Below are positions 27,746-32,000 of a DNA stretch of 32,000 bases, piece by piece. How positions within the stretch are numbered: position 1 is the stretch's first letter; every line of letters begins with the position of its first letter. Position numbers and translations under genes: made by a program. The notes under the pieces were generated by a model. It did no database searches, was not told the origin of the DNA, and saw nothing but the letters and a program-made list of their open reading frames with translations. Origin of the DNA: Candidatus Saccharimonadota bacterium. GTDB lineage: Bacteria; Patescibacteriota; Gracilibacteria; UBA1369; 2-02-FULL-48-14. The stretch covers positions 540,001-572,000 of the forward strand of contig CP064962.1 in the NCBI GenBank assembly GCA_016699145.1, in the 5' to 3' direction.

Positions 27746-27774
27746 TTGCATAAGAGCTTTGCATCCACTAAAAT
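27746..27774 (+). promoter_or_regulatory. Candidate internal promoter for tuf (TTGCAT, 17-nt spacer, TAAAAT)
   Basis: ttgcat is at 27746-27751 and taaaat at 27769-27774, within the 98-nt fusA-tuf spacer. Confidence 0.35.
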
Positions 27775-27821
27775 CGCTTCGCTTTTAAATGGCTATCAAA
27801 TTTTTTTAACCCTCTAAGGCT

Positions 27822-29006
27822 ATGACAGCTTTCGACAGATCTAAGCCGCACGTGAACGTTGGTACCATCGGACACGTCGACCATGGAAAGACAACCCTTT
27901 CCGCAGCACTCACTGCAGTGGCTGCCGCTCACTTTGGCGGAGAAAACAAAGCGGTTGCGTTCGACCAAATCGACAACGCTCCTGAAGAAAAGGCACGTGG
28001 TATCACCATTGCTACTTCTCACCAAGAGTACACCACGGACAAGCGTCACTATGCACACGTCGACTGTCCTGGTCACGCCGACTACGTAAAAAACATGATC
28101 ACTGGAGCCGCTCAAATGGACGGTGCCATCCTCGTGGTTAGTGCCGCAGACGGACCAATGCCTCAAACTCGTGAACACATTCTCTTGGCTCACCAAGTGA
28201 ACGTTCCTTACATCATCGTGTTCCTCAACAAAATGGACATGGCTGATCCTGAAATCGCTGAACTTTCTGAAATGGAAGTTCGTGATCTCCTCACCAAATA
28301 CGGTTACCCAGGGGACACCACTCCTTTCATCAAAGGATCCGCTCTCAAGGCTCTCGAAAACCCATCCGGACCTGATTCTGCTCCTGTAGTAGAACTTCTC
28401 AAGACCCTCGACGAATACATCCCCCAACCTGAACGTGAACTCGACAAGCCTCTCCTCATGTCTGTAGAAGACGTGTTCTCCATCAAAGGACGTGGAACTG
28501 TTGCTACCGGACGTATCGAACAAGGAGTTGTTAAGATCAACGAAGAAGTTGAAATCGTTGGACTCAAAGAAACCAAGAAGGTTGTTTGTACCGGAGTTGA
28601 AATGTTCCGCAAACAGCTCGACCAAGGTCAAGCTGGAGACAACGTAGGACTGCTGCTCCGCGGTGTGGAACGTGAAGACATCGAACGTGGACAAGTGATC
28701 TGTAAGCCTGGATCCATCAAACCTCACACGAAGTTTGAAGGTGAAATCTACGTCCTCAACAAAGAGGAAGGTGGACGTCACACTCCTTTCTTCAAGGGTT
28801 ACAAGCCTCAATTCTATTTCCGAACAACAGATGTTACTGGTGCTATCGAGCTCCCAGCTGGTGTAGAGATGGTCATGCCTGGTGATAACATCAGCGTGAC
28901 CGTAGAACTCGGAGCTCCTGTAGCTCTCGAGCACGGAACTCGCTTCGCCATCCGTGAAGGAGGACGCACCGTTGGATCCGGAGTCGTAGGAAAGATCATT
29001 GCTTAA
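27822..29006 (+). CDS. tuf: Translation elongation factor Tu
   Basis: Motifs are '[10 protein letters not shown]', 'DCPGHADY' and 'NKMD'. It is 394 aa. Confidence 0.98.
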   Translation: MTAFDRSKPHVNVGTIGHVDHGKTTLSAALTAVAAAHFGGENKAVAFDQIDNAPEEKARGITIATSHQEYTTDKRHYAHVDCPGHADYVKNMITGAAQMDGAILVVSAADGPMPQTREHILLAHQVNVPYIIVFLNKMDMADPEIAELSEMEVRDLLTKYGYPGDTTPFIKGSALKALENPSGPDSAPVVELLKTLDEYIPQPERELDKPLLMSVEDVFSIKGRGTVATGRIEQGVVKINEEVEIVGLKETKKVVCTGVEMFRKQLDQGQAGDNVGLLLRGVEREDIERGQVICKPGSIKPHTKFEGEIYVLNKEEGGRHTPFFKGYKPQFYFRTTDVTGAIELPAGVEMVMPGDNISVTVELGAPVALEHGTRFAIREGGRTVGSGVVGKIIA

Positions 29007-29037
29007 TCGCAAGGTCCCCAACTCAAACTTAGAAAAA

Positions 29038-29062
29038 GCCTCGCAGAAATGCGGGGCTTTTT
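29038..29062 (+). terminator. Rho-independent terminator after tuf
   Basis: gcctcgca-GAAA-tgcggggc forms an 8-bp stem (one G-U pair) with a GNRA loop, followed by ttttt. An A-run upstream could make it bidirectional. Confidence 0.7.
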
Positions 29063-29173
29063 CGATGCAAGTAATAACAGAAAGAATGCCCCCTCATAAA
29101 CAAGATTTACTTTATAAAGTGAATCTTATTATACTTCAACTACCCTCCCTTTTCTGAAAAAATCTCAAGTATT

Positions 29174-29711
29174 ATGAAAAAAAACTTTAGCATTCACAAT
29201 AGCCATTTTTCTTTTAGTAGGCTGTAGTCAGCCTAACAACAATTTGCCAGTAAATGAACCTTTATTTAATGAAGCAGTCATGAGTACATATAATAACGAA
29301 GAACTTAATATTTCCTTCAATTATCCAACAGATTGGGACGTTATTGAAGAAAACAATTCAATCACTGTACGAAAGAACAATGTTCAGCTTGAAAAAGCGA
29401 CAACAAGTTTATGTAGCACAGAACATCCACAAGTTAACTTCTTATATAAACCAGACAATTATTCATCAGAAAATATGCATGACAACGTACCTTATTCTGC
29501 AGGTGGAGGGCTTGGGACATTTGGAGACGATCTAGAAGAAACCCGCATTGCTGGTGAAAATACCCTTCAAGGAATTTACGGAGATGCCTGTGGTGGCGTT
29601 GACTATTTTGTAGAGCAAGCTCCAGCACAGTACTGGCTGATTACAATACCTAAACTTGATAACAAAGAACTGACTGAGGTTGAAGAAATATTAAATTCCC
29701 TTTCTTTTTAG
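29174..29711 (+). CDS. Lipoprotein of unknown function. Its ATG and signal peptide are out of frame with the body because of an A8 tract.
   Basis: The ATG at 29174 is followed by A8 (29177-29184). The body frame is open from 29178 and reads KKTLAFTIAIFLLVGCSQPNNN.. (signal peptide, lipobox L-V-G-C), continuing into ORF 29244..29711. With A7 the reading would be MKKTLAFTIAIFLLVGCS... Confidence 0.7.
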
Positions 29712-29927
29712 AGTTTCGTTAAAGACATTAATAGCAAAAATATCCTTAACGGGATCTCAAACATAGAAATGGGTTTTGGACCCGGCATATCTCAAAGGGT
29801 TTTCTTTTTCGACCCATCAACGAACAAAGCATTCCATAGAGGGTGCTATGTGAAGTACATCTAGCTTCGGTGACATACTTGTAAGAAAGGGAGCCCTATG
29901 AGATAATTAAACTTCTAAAAAGTACAT

Positions 29928-30629
29928 TTGAGTAACCATCACTTAAGATTGGTTGGGCCTCTCCCTGATGAGCAAAGTCATCATTCTCGAAGGCGCCTTG
30001 GCTTTTTCAGAGAAGCAATCTTAGCAATCATCAGCGCAATAGAAACAATCGAACGGAACAAAGGGGTAAGCACACTTCTATCAGCAATGGGACAAGTAAT
30101 CACCCCCATCAGAGAGGCAGTCACGACTCTCTTAGACCAATTGGAGGGGATAGAACCAATCAAAGATGAAGAAGCCCTATTAAGAGTTGTTGAAAATAAA
30201 CTCAGTAGTCTAGCGAGTATAGAAGAAGTCAATAAAAATTTTCTCGAAAAGTGTTTCGTTCCCCCTGGACCAAAAACAGAAACGTTCACTCGCCAGATAG
30301 GAAGAGAATCAATTACTACAACTACGGTATCAGGAGATCAGCTACGCAACGCATTCGGACAGCTAAACAAAAACCCATTTGCCGAGACCCGAGAAACCTA
30401 TGGAGACACTGCAGCAGATTTCCTACACGAGCTAACAATAGTTCTTCGAATAATCAGCGATTATGATGCAAGCTCAACTCATAAGTCAGATGCATTCTCA
30501 ACAGCTTTTAACGAACTAAACACCGCATTAAGGGATTGTACAATGGGGGACGTGCCAAGACACCTCGAAAAATTTGTAAGGACACTCAAAGAAAAGGCTG
30601 CAGGAAATGTAGTCCGACTGCATCCATAA
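29928..30629 (+). CDS. Hypothetical protein (233 aa, start uncertain)
   Basis: It is an ORF with a TTG start in an AT-rich islet. It looks mostly helical by eye, and I recognise no motif. Confidence 0.5.
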   Translation: MSNHHLRLVGPLPDEQSHHSRRRLGFFREAILAIISAIETIERNKGVSTLLSAMGQVITPIREAVTTLLDQLEGIEPIKDEEALLRVVENKLSSLASIEEVNKNFLEKCFVPPGPKTETFTRQIGRESITTTTVSGDQLRNAFGQLNKNPFAETRETYGDTAADFLHELTIVLRIISDYDASSTHKSDAFSTAFNELNTALRDCTMGDVPRHLEKFVRTLKEKAAGNVVRLHP

Positions 30630-30690
30630 TCTTTGCCTTGAAACCCTCTAAAATGCTAGGGTGATTTTATCTGTATTTACTAAAAATCCT

Positions 30691-31104
30691 ATGCCCACCC
30701 TCATCACCATCCAAGCCACCGTCAATGCTCCCGTCGAAAAAGTCTGGGACATGTGGACCCAACCCGAGCACATCACAAAATGGAACGCTGCTTCCGACGA
30801 CTGGCACACCCCCAGCGCCACGAACGACCTACGCGTCGGTGGAAAATTCACCTCTCGCATGGAAGCCAAAGACGGCAGCATGGGCTTCGATTTCTGGGGA
30901 ATTTATGACGAAGTGAAACCCAACGAACTCCTCGCCTCCACCATGGGTGACGGTCGTTCCCTCAAAGTCAGCTTCACGGCAAAAGAGGGCCAAACAGAAG
31001 TCGTCGAAACCTTCGAAGCCGAAAGCGAAAATTCCGAAAACATGCAAAAAGACGGATGGCAATCCATCCTGAACAACTTTAAAAACTACGTTGAAAGCTT
31101 TTAA
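30691..31104 (+). CDS. SRPBCC-superfamily protein (AHSA1/START-like)
   Basis: Typical AHSA1-like sequences are 'VNAPVEKVWDMWTQPEHITKWN' and 'GGKFTSRMEAKDGSMGFDFWGIY'. The ATG at 30691 is preferred over the GTG at 30661. Confidence 0.8.
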   Translation: MPTLITIQATVNAPVEKVWDMWTQPEHITKWNAASDDWHTPSATNDLRVGGKFTSRMEAKDGSMGFDFWGIYDEVKPNELLASTMGDGRSLKVSFTAKEGQTEVVETFEAESENSENMQKDGWQSILNNFKNYVESF

Positions 31105-31120
31105 TGCGTCCTTAATAACA

Positions 31121-31804
31121 ATGACTTCTCAAAAAAAATTCCTCCTTTTCGGCTTAGTTCCCGCGCTCATCTTCCAAACAATAGGGGCCACCCTTTACTT
31201 CGATCTTTGGGCGGAAGGAACCGGGGCCAAAATCATTTACAGCCTGACCAAAGTGCTGCTTTTGATCTGGCCGTTGCTGTGGTGGAAGTATGTCAAAACA
31301 CCCCTAAAAATAACCCCTCATAAAGCAGCCAAAGAAATCGCATGGGGCCTGAGTACCGGCCTCTTTCTTTCTCTAGGAATTTTATTGGTCTTCACTGTCT
31401 TTCCAGAAAAAGACCTCTTAACAGAACAAATTCAAGAAAAAATCGATGCCTATTTTGGAATGAGCGCAGCGCTCTATTTGCTCTTCAGCGTCTTCTTATG
31501 TGTCGGACATTCTCTTTTAGAAGAATACTATTGGCGTTGGTTCACAGGTTCGGGCTTGAAACAAACCCTCCCAAAAATGCCGGCACTCTTCCTCACCAAC
31601 CTCGGTTTTGCAGCTCATCATTTCATCATCTTAAACTCGTTGACCACTGGAACCTGGGCCGTGTTTGGAACTTTCGGCGTCTTCGCGGGAGGAGTGATCT
31701 GGTCCCTGCTCCATGAAAAAACCCAATCCCTCTTCGCCCCTTGGCTCAGTCACCTCTGTGTGGATGTAACGCTCATGGGCATCGCTTACTATCTCCTTTT
31801 TTAA
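31121..31804 (+). CDS. CPBP-family (CAAX/Abi) intramembrane metalloprotease
   Basis: The protein is polytopic with 'LEEYYWRWF' (EExxxR), 'FAAHHF' (FxxxH) and 'HLCVD' (HxxxD). The ATG at 31121 is preferred over the TTG at 31091. Confidence 0.85.
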   Translation: MTSQKKFLLFGLVPALIFQTIGATLYFDLWAEGTGAKIIYSLTKVLLLIWPLLWWKYVKTPLKITPHKAAKEIAWGLSTGLFLSLGILLVFTVFPEKDLLTEQIQEKIDAYFGMSAALYLLFSVFLCVGHSLLEEYYWRWFTGSGLKQTLPKMPALFLTNLGFAAHHFIILNSLTTGTWAVFGTFGVFAGGVIWSLLHEKTQSLFAPWLSHLCVDVTLMGIAYYLLF

Positions 31805-32000
31805 TGGACTATTTTTGCGACACAAAATGGACACTCAAAAAGTATGTCATTTTTCTAGATATAGATGGAACTCTCGTCGGCGAGGGTGAAACAAAAATAG
31901 ACAGCAAAACAAAACGCGCTTTTGATGAGCTCAAAAAGAACAATTTCATTGTGCTCTGCTCCAACAGTCCCAATAAAAAACGCAGCGAAAAAATGGCTAA
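31804..32000 (+). CDS. HAD-superfamily phosphatase, 3'-partial (runs off the window)
   Basis: The ATG at 31804 overlaps the previous stop (TAATG). It reads 'KKYVIFLDIDGTLVGEG' (motif I, DxDxT) and 'IVLCSNS' (motif II). The frame has no stop up to nt 32000, and this ORF is not in the supplied ORF track. Confidence 0.75.
   Translation, partial: MDYFCDTKWTLKKYVIFLDIDGTLVGEGETKIDSKTKRAFDELKKNNFIVLCSNSPNKKRSEKMA

Noticed and set aside
25573-27768. 731-aa ORF on the minus strand covering all of fusA. Similar ones lie at 27768..29021 opposite tuf, 22040..22945 opposite rpsL/rpsG, 19435..20811 and 18643..19398 opposite rpoC, 13098..14330 opposite rpoB, and 4685..5158 opposite dnaK.
   Set aside because: They are codon-aligned shadows of unmistakable housekeeping genes. 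They are explained by the absence of TTA/CTA/TCA codons in the sense frame, and their low-complexity products have no motifs.
1-32000. Alternative genetic code (UGA recoded, as in some candidate phyla)
   Set aside because: TGA terminates conserved proteins at their expected C-termini (rpsG, ung). The long conserved genes contain no in-frame TGA.
1-32000. tRNA, rRNA or CRISPR arrays, particularly around tuf and in the intergenic islets
   Set aside because: I could find no cloverleaf-like conserved T-arm/GTTCRA motifs, no rRNA-like segments, and no regularly spaced short direct repeats.

Overview
The window is a chromosomal segment from a bacterium using the standard genetic code. TGA terminates conserved genes such as rpsG and ung. 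Start codons are mostly not preceded by a Shine-Dalgarno sequence. I cannot assign the lineage from sequence alone.

The backbone is housekeeping: CIRCE-controlled dnaK, serS, ung, an S4-domain pseudouridine synthase, and the supercluster rpoB-rpoC-rpsL-rpsG-fusA-tuf. The left edge carries a 5'-truncated giant surface protein with seven Calx-beta-like repeats and an SLH anchor module. The right edge carries SRPBCC, CPBP-protease and HAD genes.

The supercluster is interrupted three times:
- A CaCA cation-antiporter gene sits between rpoB and rpoC.
- A VOC-fold gene sits between rpoC and rpsL.
- A 2.7-kb insert splits rpsG from fusA. It holds an opposite-strand 348-aa orphan gene cleanly cut by an 842-bp IS5-family element, plus a lipoprotein gene.

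Other unexplained structure:
- A 1.13-kb single-gene cassette (342-aa orphan with its own consensus promoter) is bracketed by a perfect 53-bp duplication of the ung 3' end.
- Four single-base frame breaks, all equivalent to one missing base at short C or A runs, hit the surface protein, dnaK, rpoC and the IS transposase.
- A lipoprotein gene is out of frame at an A8 tract directly after its ATG.
- Two tandem, translationally coupled paralogs of an unrecognised family lie between dnaK and serS.

I found no rRNA, tRNA or CRISPR array. I could not recognise a defined new multi-gene system. The best leads for undescribed biology are the ung-flanked cassette and the IS-split orphan gene.
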